From contig OX337233.1 in NCBI GenBank assembly GCA_946965045.2, positions 3,100,001 to 3,164,000 on the forward strand: DNA of 64,000 nucleotides, written 5' to 3'. Shown piece by piece: positions 35,733-46,485 of the stretch. Position 1 is the first letter of the stretch, and each line of letters starts with the position of its first letter. The DNA comes from Epithemia pelagica (lineage: Eukaryota; Protista; Bacillariophyta). The notes below the pieces were generated by a model. The model was not told where the DNA came from. It saw only the letters and a program-made list of their open reading frames with translations, and ran no database searches. The translations under genes were made by a program, and so were the position numbers.

Positions 35733-37477
35733 CCAATTGTTCCATCGAAACCAAAGGCACACTCATGTTTGGAAGTGCAATGACGGATGACACGACCATC
35801 GAATAGAATTGTCACGCCATGTGATAATTCAATCACCAGGCCATTATAAGTACGGCCATCTCTTTTCAGCAGAACATCTGGAAAAATGAAAAACCAGTTC
35901 TTTGTAGTATGTGGCATGGTTTCGGAAAATACAACGAAGCAAACACTAGCGTCGTTGATATCAACATGGGATGAGTTTTCCAAATCAACACTTACTGCGA
36001 TGTTGGAACAAAATCCGTCTGTCCCACCCAAATCTTGAGGGACATCAATATCTGCCTGTTTACGTAAAGATGTAAACAAGGGCAATATTCCCGGATAGTG
36101 TTGTTGAATTCTTGTCCCAACCGTGGAGCATAACTGCCCTACATTATTGTTGAGTGATGTATTGTCCATGGAGATTGGTATTGATTTTAATTGTTGCTGA
36201 TAACGGTGGAACGTGATTCCATACCCACTCATTTGTCCGTTGTCTCCTGTGTTTCTCCTGGAGTTCCCACAGCTTGAAACATTCTTGTCTGAGACATATA
36301 AGTTTGCCACAGAAGCAAAGTCATGATAAAGCTTCTCAGACGATGATACATAGGACACGACAATGTAGGATTGTCCAACTGGCCGTTTGTTGCTGTCCAA
36401 AATAGTAGTCTGGAATGCGTGGAATCGTCTTTCTTCAGATCTTGGGTTTAAAATATAGGCCGAGGAACCACGGATGGAACGATACAGTGCACCAGTGACA
36501 TATCTGCGACAGCCAATTTTATTGGATCCTGACTTTTCAAATAAAGCACGGTAAAATGTACGGCGATCTTGGATTTTGTTAATAATGTTGTCACCGATAC
36601 AGTCAGGTGGTAGAAGAGGAGTATCAACATCACCGTCGTCAAATTGAATGCTGTGAATAACTTTGGGCAATTCGTTGGAAACAACATAATTGATTGTCCA
36701 TACTCTGTTTATAGACTTGATGAAGCTTCCCAACGCTGGTTCACCAGTTGTATAAACAAGACGTAACCAGGAAAGTGGTAATGGAGTAAGTGACGAAGTG
36801 GTGATAGATTTGCCAATGCCACACTGTAGTTCACAAAGAAATTTGGAATTGTCCGAGGTAAAGGCAGTTGTCCAAAATACTGATGCATAGGGGAAAATAA
36901 TTATGACGGTGCGAAAAATGTGATCAAATTCAGTAGAACAGAGTTCCCTGGAGGTTCGTGTACGGTGTATCACTTCGTAGTAGGGTTGGTTGTACGGAAT
37001 TCTTGGTTTACGGTGTGTCCTGGACAATGTACAGTCAAGCATGAATGCACCATGCAATTCATGTGTAAGCTGTAAAGGAATGGCTTCCTGTATTCGTAGG
37101 TCATGATGTGATATTGATGAACGTGTCAACTGTAGTTCTTTAAATCCCCGCTTGATTTCTTTGATGAAAATATGAATATGAGGGACACTTGGAACAGATT
37201 TAAGGTACGGCAAACTGTGTTGGATGAAGGCTTGTTGAACATCATCCCCTGGTAGACACAGGGAGAACATTTCACAGAGAAGTAATGTGAAGTCGTCAGT
37301 ATCAAAGCAGTATGGCTCATGTCGGATAGAAGTCTGAGCGGATTGATACACATGAATGATTCCTGGAGGTCGGTTGCGACGAGAAGAGTTGCTCTTATGC
37401 TTGGATGAAGTCTTTGTCTTCTTCATGATGGACGTATGAAGGGAGGCTGTCAACGATTCGATGAAGCGAAAGAACAA
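35663..37477 (-). CDS. TET/JBP-like 2OG-Fe(II) dioxygenase (cargo of the Ginger element), convergent with the transposase
   Basis: TGDNGQM..YG, N-S-S-H-V-D-I-N-D (HxD), WFFIFPD, LSHGVTILFDGRVIRHCTS. Shares blocks with 24853-26841 over most of its length. Likely ATG at 37426. Confidence 0.75.
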   Translation of the reverse strand: MFFRFIESLTASLHTSIMKKTKTSSKHKSNSSRRNRPPGIIHVYQSAQTSIRHEPYCFDTDDFTLLLCEMFSLCLPGDDVQQAFIQHSLPYLKSVPSVPHIHIFIKEIKRGFKELQLTRSSISHHDLRIQEAIPLQLTHELHGAFMLDCTLSRTHRKPRIPYNQPYYEVIHRTRTSRELCSTEFDHIFRTVIIIFPYASVFWTTAFTSDNSKFLCELQCGIGKSITTSSLTPLPLSWLRLVYTTGEPALGSFIKSINRVWTINYVVSNELPKVIHSIQFDDGDVDTPLLPPDCIGDNIINKIQDRRTFYRALFEKSGSNKIGCRRYVTGALYRSIRGSSAYILNPRSEERRFHAFQTTILDSNKRPVGQSYIVVSYVSSSEKLYHDFASVANLYVSDKNVSSCGNSRRNTGDNGQMSGYGITFHRYQQQLKSIPISMDNTSLNNNVGQLCSTVGTRIQQHYPGILPLFTSLRKQADIDVPQDLGGTDGFCSNIAVSVDLENSSHVDINDASVCFVVFSETMPHTTKNWFFIFPDVLLKRDGRTYNGLVIELSHGVTILFDGRVIRHCTSKHECAFGFDGTIGHTVGWFFGTSFPALTSSSSTTP

Positions 37478-37491
37478 CGAGTATGACGGTG

Positions 37492-37543
37492 ATGTGAGGT
37501 AAGAAAATCAGTGGTCATGTGAGGTAAGAAAATCAGTGGTCAT
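37492..37543. repeat. 25-bp direct duplication upstream of the Ginger TET/JBP gene
   Basis: ATGTGAGGTAAGAAAATCAGTGGTC twice in tandem. Confidence 0.9.
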
Positions 37544-38119
37544 AAACGATGAAAAATGATAGAAAAAATATGGGGATTTTGTTTTAATTTGATATGCCGG
37601 CGAACAACAAATCAAAACATGACGACGTTTTAATAATTTTCAACAAATCAGCGCAAAGTTTTGATTTGCCGTTTGCGTCGAAATCTCGGGTAACAGATTC
37701 GGCCACGACCCCTTCCTTGACTCCCTCAAAGCTACCAACCACAAAGTCGTCATTCCACCTATCTTGTCAGTGGGTGTGACTGTCCCTGTCACCGTTTGGA
37801 TGAATGTCCCACGAGTATTAATAACGGAGATGTTGGGAATGCCACGACAATGGAATGATGACCAGTCCACCGTCCATGTCCTGCATTCCACTCCCTTCAA
37901 CTCGGGCCGTCCAGGAGTAACTGAAAGGAGGGGCTTGGGCCAGGGAGTGTCGCATTGCTAACAAACCAAGACGCACACTCATGATAAGGCAACTCCATCT
38001 ACTAGTAGCAGCGATTCTGTTAACTCCACGTATGTACGAAAAGCAGCAATGTCATTCTCGCCAATTTGCGTCCTGTAGCCAAACTATTTTGCAGAACCGT
38101 CATTGGTTGGAACGTCCTC

Positions 38120-39635
38120 CTATCTTGTTCTCCTTTTGTCCGGACCATGCCCTGCATGCATGTCTCGTAGCGTATTCTCCAACTTTTGCTTATCTATTTG
38201 CAACTGTTTTTCCAGCGCCTTTTCCAACACTGTAATAATCTGGCCAATGTTATATCGATTCTTGGGATCTTGTTCCCAGCATTTTTCAATGACATGAACG
38301 AGTTGGCCTTCGGCATGCGATACATTGGCCCATCGGGGATCCAAAAAGCATCTCTCACCTTGTTTGATTCTCCGTTTGACCTTTTTGTCGTTGCACGTGT
38401 TGGGAAAGAGGAATTCTCCCGTCAAGATGGAAAACTAGAGAGAGAAAAGGAGCGCAAGACATTTTCGTTCTGGGTGAGAATGGTGAACCAACGCATTCAA
38501 CGTACAAAAGGATTCGGTGCTTACAAAGTTGTTGCCCATGCTGTAGATATCAATCATTTCGTCCAGAGGTGCATCCATATACTCCTCGGGCGAGCGCCAC
38601 TTTGTTACCAAACAAGTTGATAAATGAACAAGAACAACAACAGAACGAGTACGGAACGCAATGTGAGCCCATGCCATAGCAAACCTTTCATCCACCACAA
38701 TGCCTCGCAAACACGTACATCCCCTCTTCCTTCTCCATTCCTATATTTGCAGTATTCCTGGTGTTTGTGATCGTACATCATGCCTTCGGCTCGATTAAAG
38801 TCATTGAGTTTGACTCGGACATGGTCCTTGTTGCTTTTTGTTGTTGTGGTGGTCATTAAAAACTGATCCAGTTTGATATCATCGTGGACAATGACACCAA
38901 ATCGGTTGTTGTGTAACAAGGCCAAGGCTTTGGACATGTCCAAGGCATGCTCCAACTTTTCAATGGCGGTAAAGGGACTTCGACTGTACACGGTTTTGGA
39001 TTCCGTGTGTGGTTTTTCAATGGGAATTGTTACGTGAGGTTTTTCTTCACACCGATCCTTGAGACCCAAGGCATCCTCCATGGTCCCACCATCCATGTAT
39101 TCACTGAGCAATCATTTCGTCTTGTTCTTCCACCCCTCTTCTTGTTGGTTGCGGTTTTGGCATCCCGAATGGGATCCCAAAATTTCATTTCCAAACTGGC
39201 AAAGTCGGCACGTCGGCCATGTCGAGCAGGAGGAACAACCTGATCCGAGTCGGTCATGTGCACCACGAGCGATATCTTTGGTGGATTGTAGCGCTGCGAG
39301 ATGCGGAGGGATGACGACATGGCACGGACCCATCTAGCATCGGCGCCACCAAAGTCTGGAACCCATGGCAGTTTTCTTGACAAGGCCAGTGCCAAACACA
39401 AGAAGACACCGACTAGGATGGCAGCAACCAACACCGTTGTTCGATCCTTGGTATGCATCCACCGTTTGGCAGACCGTTGAAGTCGAAACATCAATGACAA
39501 GTATCCTTCATTCTGGTTGCCTTTTCGAAGCAAGGGACTTTTGGATTTTCCTTTGGGAGAATCATCCTCCTCCTCTTCGATGGCATGGTGCGAGGAGGAC
39601 GAAGTAGCACGACGACGTTGTTTCAAGAAAACCAT
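38120..39635 (-). pseudogene. Kinase K2: near-identical copy of K1 with a 725-bp internal deletion
   Basis: Collinear with K1. Junction ACTGAGCAATC|ATTTCGT at 39113/39114 joins K1 position 711 to 1437, removing the stem, exon 2 and the kinase N-lobe. Confidence 0.85.
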
Positions 39636-39999
39636 TCTCTCTCTCAACACATATTGCCTTACAGACAATGTTATGTTCTATTTGGAGTTCGGAGCGAGAA
39701 GGTGTCGTGCTTTCTTTTTTGCTTTATGGTCTCTTTGTATGAATCGTTTGATTTTGATTGTCCCAAGCATGGTCATAAATGGGCGCGTGGCGAGCGAGGT
39801 GCGGAAAATATGATTACTTCAATTAAATAGGTGAGTGGTTTGGTCTTGCCAAGATCTTTGGTCTTGCAAGGGCTCTAGCCTCACAGGAAATTTTGTAGGA
39901 TAACCGTTATCATTGGACATCAGCAGCTTTCCTTCTCACCGAGGGTACCCCCTAGCGGGGGTGAGTCATGAGGATTAGTGACCGGAATTTGATGAGCAT

Positions 40000-41890
40000 A
40001 TCTATCTGGGAGGGTCTCGAAGTGTCGCTGCCACAAAATCCTTTGCGCCCGACTTTAACCATCTCCAGATCCAATTTCTTCTTCCACAAGCGCACGAGTT
40101 GGACCACGACACCACCAATGCCACGAATCGTACGTGGACCACGGTCGACATGACCCTTCCTCGACAGATTTGGGATACTGGAGCTGGACCTGGACCGCAG
40201 TACAAGGATTCGGAGCACGAACACCATTTTTATTTTTACTATGCCCAGGATGACGATTACGTACGGACACCGTATCATACGGATGATGACGGGTACCAAC
40301 GATTGAAACCGGATCATTCTTGTCAAAAGTCCCATGTGGAAAAACAACTCGAATATCCAGTCTGCAACAAGTTTCATGAACTCGATTTGAATGACTACCT
40401 CGGAGCTAATCTGTCGCACTTTTTGAGGTATGGAAGCATGACATGCACACATGAGGGTTTTCTCATGAGTGACTTGTTTGGCATCATCAAACGCACATTT
40501 CTCTCACGGTTCTTGTTTGTTTTCTTGTTCTGCTCTCTCCGCACGGTGTAAACGAATACGATACACAGCGCGGGATGGTTCGCGAGACGCTCGTCGTCGA
40601 CACCCGCCCGAAACGAGACGACGGAGCGTTTGTGGTCAAATTTGCCAGCTTGGAGGACAAACACGATTTTACCTTTAGAGATATTCATGACTATCGCCAA
40701 GTAAGTATACTGCGGTGGTACTGCTAGGGCACAGACGAAAAATGACTTTGTGTGTTTACACCAAGCGGCAGTATCCCCTAACCATTCGTTTGTTCCTTCG
40801 TTCTGTCTACCGTCTTTGAGTATACTTATGGCAGGACGGAGTCATTTTTGCCGCGATTGGACCACATCCCCTCTTGGTGGATGTCTATGGTTATTGCAGT
40901 TTGGGATTGTTGAGCGAATTCATGGATAGTGGCACCATGGAGAACAAACTGCAACTCCAAAATCGTAGTAAACATGACGACGGCAAAAACAAGAGCAAGT
41001 TTATCGTGCCCCTTGAGCAGCCTCACACCGCGTCCGACCAACTTTACAGTATCAGTCCCTTGACACCAGTGGAAAAGTTGGAGTATGCCCTCGACATGGC
41101 GCAAGCCCTGGCCTTGATGCACAACAACGAGTTTGGGGTCATTGTTCACGATGATCTGAAATTGGATCAATACTTGATCCGAAACACCAACCAACAGTCC
41201 ATCGACAAGAATGGTGGTCCTCGCGTCAAGTTGAATGATTTCAATCGTGGCGAAGCCATGATCTACGACCACAAACATGGCGAATACTGCAAATACAAGA
41301 ATGGTCGCGGACGTGGAGATGTACGTTGGATATACGACATCCCAATCGTGGTTGTTCTGCTGGTGTTCGTGTGTGATTTCGGGACGACTCACGTATTGCA
41401 TTGTTGCTTTTCTTGCCGCCGTGGTACTCTTGTATCTCTCTTGTTGGACTCTTTTAGTGGCGATCGCCGAAAGAGTACTATGACAAACCATTGGATGAAA
41501 AGATTGATATTTACAGCTTGGGCAACAACTTTGTATGTGAAAGCTTGTGGAACCACAGAATCTTGCTGTCTCTCTCCATCTGATTGAATTCGTTGTTATT
41601 GTTGTTGATTGCCGTTCCAACAGTTTTCAATCTTGACGGGAGAATATGTCTTTCCGAATACGTGCAATATAACACAGATTCAGAGTCGCATCATGGGAGG
41701 AGAACGATGTTTTTTGGATCCCCGATGGACCATGAATGCATCGCATGCCGAAGGTCAATTGGTCCATGTCATTCAAAAATGCTGGGAAGCCAATCCGGAA
41801 GATCGATATGAAATTCAAGATATTATTGTCATTCTCCAAGAAGCTCTGGAAAAGCAACTGTACTTGGATCAACGGAAGAATGCCGTCTAG
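40000..41890 (+). pseudogene. Kinase K3: 5'-truncated, frameshifted paralog of K7
   Basis: Homology to K7 begins only at about 40000 (YLGGSRSVAATKSF), with no ATG or TM segment. Exon 2 reads GGATGGTTCGCGAG versus K7 GGATACTTTCGCGAG (1 nt shorter). Downstream exons retain HDDLKLDQYL, DFNRGE and WRSPKEY. Confidence 0.75.
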
Positions 41891-42529
41891 GAAGTTGTCC
41901 AAACGAGAATACCCATCTTGTTGTAAAACCAGCTCTGCTTGCAAACAGGACAAGGTCCGAATCGAACCTCGTCTTGTCTCGCACCCCGAATCTCAAACCA
42001 TCGTGGATTCTAGTCGTTTAGTACTCAGGAACACTTTTGCTCCCCCTGCCGCCAGTGCATCGCGCCACTCTATCACCAACTAGAATAATTCTGCAGACGC
42101 ACCGGAAGCCACGCCATTTTTATGCTACCCGAATCAAGAAAGGAGCCTTTCGGGAAAACTTTTCTCGAAGAATCAAAGAATCAGTTGGTGGTTTTTCTCC
42201 TCCCAACAGAAATTGTCATGAAACGAGTGCTACTTCTGTCGGAACAAATCCCTTCCATTCCACGAACGCGTACCCCCAACCAATGTTGACGACAATCAGA
42301 ACAAAGAGTCACATATCACTCCATTCGCCAGGATTCGGGCGACTCCATGTAGGTAGTTCTAAGCACAGGAGAGGTTTCTTGTATCGTCCAATCTCTGGTA
42401 GGGAAAACGTTGTTGCATGTGCGGCTCCGGATCACCCAACGAACTGCTTCTTGCTACCTCTAGATAGACGGTCGTACTCTTGAATCTCTCGATCCGACCG
42501 GCATGTCTCGTAGCGCATCTATGGCCGAG

Positions 42530-43593
42530 CTACTGCATGTCCAATTGTACCTGCTTCTCCAGCGCCTGTTTCAATACTGTAATAACTTGTTCAATTCGAT
42601 CGGAGGATTTCTCCTTGAGCTTGAGGAGGAGTGCCCACACGTGACGAGTCGAAGGTCCCCAGGAAAAGGCATTGGGTGCAAAGGGAGAGGAAAGTGGTGC
42701 ATGGGGATGCCACAAATTTAACTGAGGGGCAACTCGATCCAAACAGAGATATCCACATCCCGAATCGGCCACCAAACAATCGGTATCGCGAGGTCTACGG
42801 GCTTGACCAAAAGTGTTTTGGGGCTTTGGGAGGAGGAGGACGTTGTTCTTTGCCATTTTCCTTGGTGGTACGATTCTGGTTCGAACCCTTGGAGGTACGA
42901 TTTTGTGGGTGCCGTGTCTGGTTCACCATCAAACCCCCGCCGGAACAGGGTATGACCACGGTTCGGGCACGTTCGTCGTGTGCCACGACCAGGGCTTGCC
43001 GAAATTGTGAGAGAACCGATTCAAAATAGGGTCGTCCAATCAATTCGTCAATGGTGACATCCAAACTCTGATTGGCCAAGTCGTAGACAATGGCATCCCA
43101 AGAAATCATGGATTGAAATTCGGGTGAATGAAGGACGGATTGCCTCTCCAAGGATCCCTCAAGTGTATATGGTTGGGAGGAGGAATGAGGTGACATCCAC
43201 CACCGCCCCCATCGTAGGAACCACCACGTTTGGCCGACAAGTACAAGACACATCCCCAACGGTACCTTCCACAAGAGGGACAGGGCCACAATGGATTCGC
43301 CAAAGCGTTCGGTAATGCCCACGAAAACATAATCCCTTGAATCAAATCCGTCGAATTCATACGTCGGTCTTGTTCTTGTTGTGTTTGTTGTTGTTAATGC
43401 CGGGTTGTTGCGGTCGTGACATCAAGGGTCGCATCGAGACGGCTGGAGAGTAATAATTGGTATTGCGTGGTTTGTAGAAATAAAGAATTGGCTCTTGAAA
43501 GTTTTCCACCGTGGCATTCCAACTGCCCCGCGAAACAGAAAAGTGAGGAAACAGGCTCTGTAGTCGCGACGTGGAATGACGGGCCTGTACCAA
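42530..43593 (-). pseudogene. Sulfotransferase S1: 5'-truncated, frameshifted copy of S2 whose 3' end is fused to a kinase tail
   Basis: Fragments RHSTSRLQSLF, GITERFGESIVALSLLWKVPL and DTDCLVADSGCGYLCLDRVA in different frames. Ends ...KEKSSD-RIEQVITVLKQALEKQVQLD, which is kinase exon-5 sequence. Confidence 0.75.
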
Positions 43594-43609
43594 TGGAAAG
43601 TATATATAG

Positions 43610-45157
43610 CTAGCGAATCATGTTTGAATCCAACCATTGCAATTGCGTTTCGAGGGCTTGTTGGAGAATGACAATAATGTCTTGAATGTCATATCGATCC
43701 TTGGGATCTTGTTCCCAGCAGTTTTGAATGACATGGACCAATTGGCGTTCCGCATACGATGCATTCGTGGTCCATTTTTGGGGATCCAAAACGCTTCGTT
43801 CCCCCTCCTTGATACGGGTTTGAATCTGTTTCCAATCGCATAAATCGGAAAAGACGTAGTCTCCCGTCAAGATGGAAAACTGATGGGATTGTTGACAACC
43901 ACAACGCCATGGAACGAAACCAACAACGATCAACAAGAACCGCCATATGTGTGTGAGAGAGACAACAAAACATGGGTCCACCACCAACACAAGAGTCATC
44001 CACACAAGATCACAAAACGTACAAAAATGTTGCCCAAGCTGTAAATATCAATCTTTTCATCCAAGGGATGGTCGAAATATTCCCCGGGCGATCGATTCTG
44101 AGCAACAAAACACAAGACAGACAAGGTGATGTGAGAGTCGTCGAAACAAAACACAGACACAGAAACAATCAGTACACGTGCAGATGCGATCCAGATGCCA
44201 AAAAGAACCACGTACCGTTCCCCGACCCCGACCAGTTCGGTACTTGCAGTATTGGCCCTGTTGGTGGTCGTACATCATGGCTTGGGCACGATTGAAATCA
44301 TTTAATTTGACGCGAGGACCACGACTACGAGTGCGGTCGTTGTTGTTGTTGGTGGTGGTTGAACGAGGAGACGATGGTGGGGCAATCAAGAATTGATCCA
44401 ATTTCAAATCTAGTGCACCAGGACACCAAACTCATTGTGGTGCAACAAGGCCACGGCTTGTGCCATGTCGAGGGCATACTCCAACTTTTCCTCTGGTGTC
44501 ATCAACAAGGGACGAATGCTGCTGCTGCTGCTGCTGCTGCGGTCCAAGTGTGGTTGTGGGGACGCGGTCTGAGACGGGTCGTCCATCACTTGGTCCGTCG
44601 TCGTCATTTTCTTGTGGTCGTTGCAGCGACCGGGGAGTTGCAGTTGGTCCTCCAGGGTACCCCGATCCATGAATTCGCTCAACACTCCCAAACTGCAATA
44701 TCCGTACAGGTCCACCAAGAGCGGATGCGGTCCCGTGGCGGCGTAAATAACGCCATCCTGACCAAAAAGGAGGCGATGATCCGTCATGGATAGAGTTAGA
44801 TCCACACGCGCAATACACAAAAGAGATGTGAGCCGTGTAGAGTCCAGACACGGAGACACGAAAGATGGGTCGGTTGTCCAACGAATAAGCACACACACAT
44901 ACAGACACTACTACAAAGGAACGTACTTGGCGAAACTCGAGATAGTCTCGTTTGGTGTAATCGCGGGATCCTTTCAAAGTGGCCACTTTGAGGACCACGA
45001 CTTCTTGTCCCGTAGTGCGCAAGCTGTTTGTGGGGTCATTAGCGCTGCTGCTGCTGCTCGTCGTTGTTGTTGGTGTTGTCGTGTTTGGGGAAGTAACAGG
45101 TCGTTGGTCCAGTACCAACGTTTGACGAAAGGCACCCTCGCTGTGGTGTGTAAGGAG

Positions 45158-45188
<31 letters not shown>

Positions 45189-46485
45189 CACGAAACGTAA
45201 GAATCGTATACGAATGAAATGGCATGGACCAAACCCAAGAAACTGTGTGTGAGAACGACAACCACAAAAAAAGAAAAAGAGAGAGAGAGAACGGATTTGG
45301 TCGCTTGGCGGTGGGGACGGACCTGGGTGGTACACAGTGTTCCATCGACACCACCCCGCAACCAACCAACGACACACGACGTACGTACCCAACCAACCGC
45401 AATGTGGGACTTTGCCTCAACGTGTGGGGAACCGAACGTTCGTGAAAGAGATTGCAGACGGGAAATTCCATGGCCTTGGCCACATGCGAGGATTCACAAT
45501 GATGTGACTTGGTGGTTTTGGTGCGCGTGCCAAGCCGTTCGTAACAATCATCGTCCAAATGACGATGTTTCGTGTCACGGCGTTGCTGCGCCCGTGATTT
45601 GGGCCGCCATTCCAGGGCGGGTGGATTGTCCGACCCAATGACCCTCGTCGGAAACTCGACACGATATTGTGGACTTGTTGTGGTTTGGTTGTTGTTGTCG
45701 TTTGTTGTGGCAAGAGTGTTGGTACGGGTCGGATTGTTGTTGGTAGTGTTGTTGGTACCCCAAAAGGTGATTGTCAAATTGTTGTAATCGGCATCGCCTC
45801 GATTCGTCATCATCATCATGCTGGGACCAACCACAACCACACCGTTGGTGTTGTTCTTGTCCGGATGTGGTTGTAAAAGGGATGGAACCATGTCCGGGGA
45901 ATCGGTCAGGTACACCACCAGCTGGTGCGACAAGTTGTCGTCCTCCCGAATGTGGTGGTGGTGTCGTCGTCTCGTTCGGGTGGTGGTGGTACCACCACTA
46001 TCACTGGGTGAATTCCTTAAGACGAACTGGAACGAAGAAGCAGACGACGACAATGATTCCAGGGTCATGAGACGAACGTCGTCTCCACTCAAAGAAGAAT
46101 GGTCCAAGGCGGGGATGCCAAAGACGGCAATGGTCCAGCAAGCCAGCAATTCAATCACATTCCAGATCCACACGAGCCTGGTTGTGGCACCGACCGTGGT
46201 GGTGGTCCTTGACCCTGGATGTTGACGTCGTGGCCGTGAGGATGAAACGAACGTGATCATGTTGTGGAGCGAGGAACGAACGGGGTGGTCTCCTCCTCTT
46301 TGATGTGGCTGGAACTCGTCGTAATTGTCGTCCTTATCATTCGTGGAGGAGAATGACACGGTGTGGATGATGATGTTGTTGTTGGTGGTGGTGGTGGTGG
46401 TAGACGCTCGTCCTGTCGTCAACAATGAGGACCCATCCGTGGAGGAACAATGGCGACCACCACGGCGATGTTTCAACCACTGCAT
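43610..46485 (-). pseudogene. Kinase K4: K6/K7 chimera with a frameshift in the catalytic loop
   Basis: Exons 46485-45389, 45140-44927, 44757-44216, 44097-44023 and 43879-43610. The catalytic loop reads GTG CAC TA GAT TTG AAA (44410-44412), 1 nt short of V-H-D-D-L-K. Confidence 0.8.

Larger units (their letters stand above)
5209..37695. mobile_element. Ginger-like DNA transposon (rve integrase); about 7.4 kb once the nested insert is removed
   Basis: Left end TGTTACTCAATATTTCAACGCAAA (5209). Reverse complement of the right end is TGTTACCCGAGATTTCGACGCAAA (ends 37695): 20/24 identical. GATT flanks both sides (5205-5208 and 37696-37699). TGTNR termini with a 4-bp TSD are Ginger hallmarks. Confidence 0.85.
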
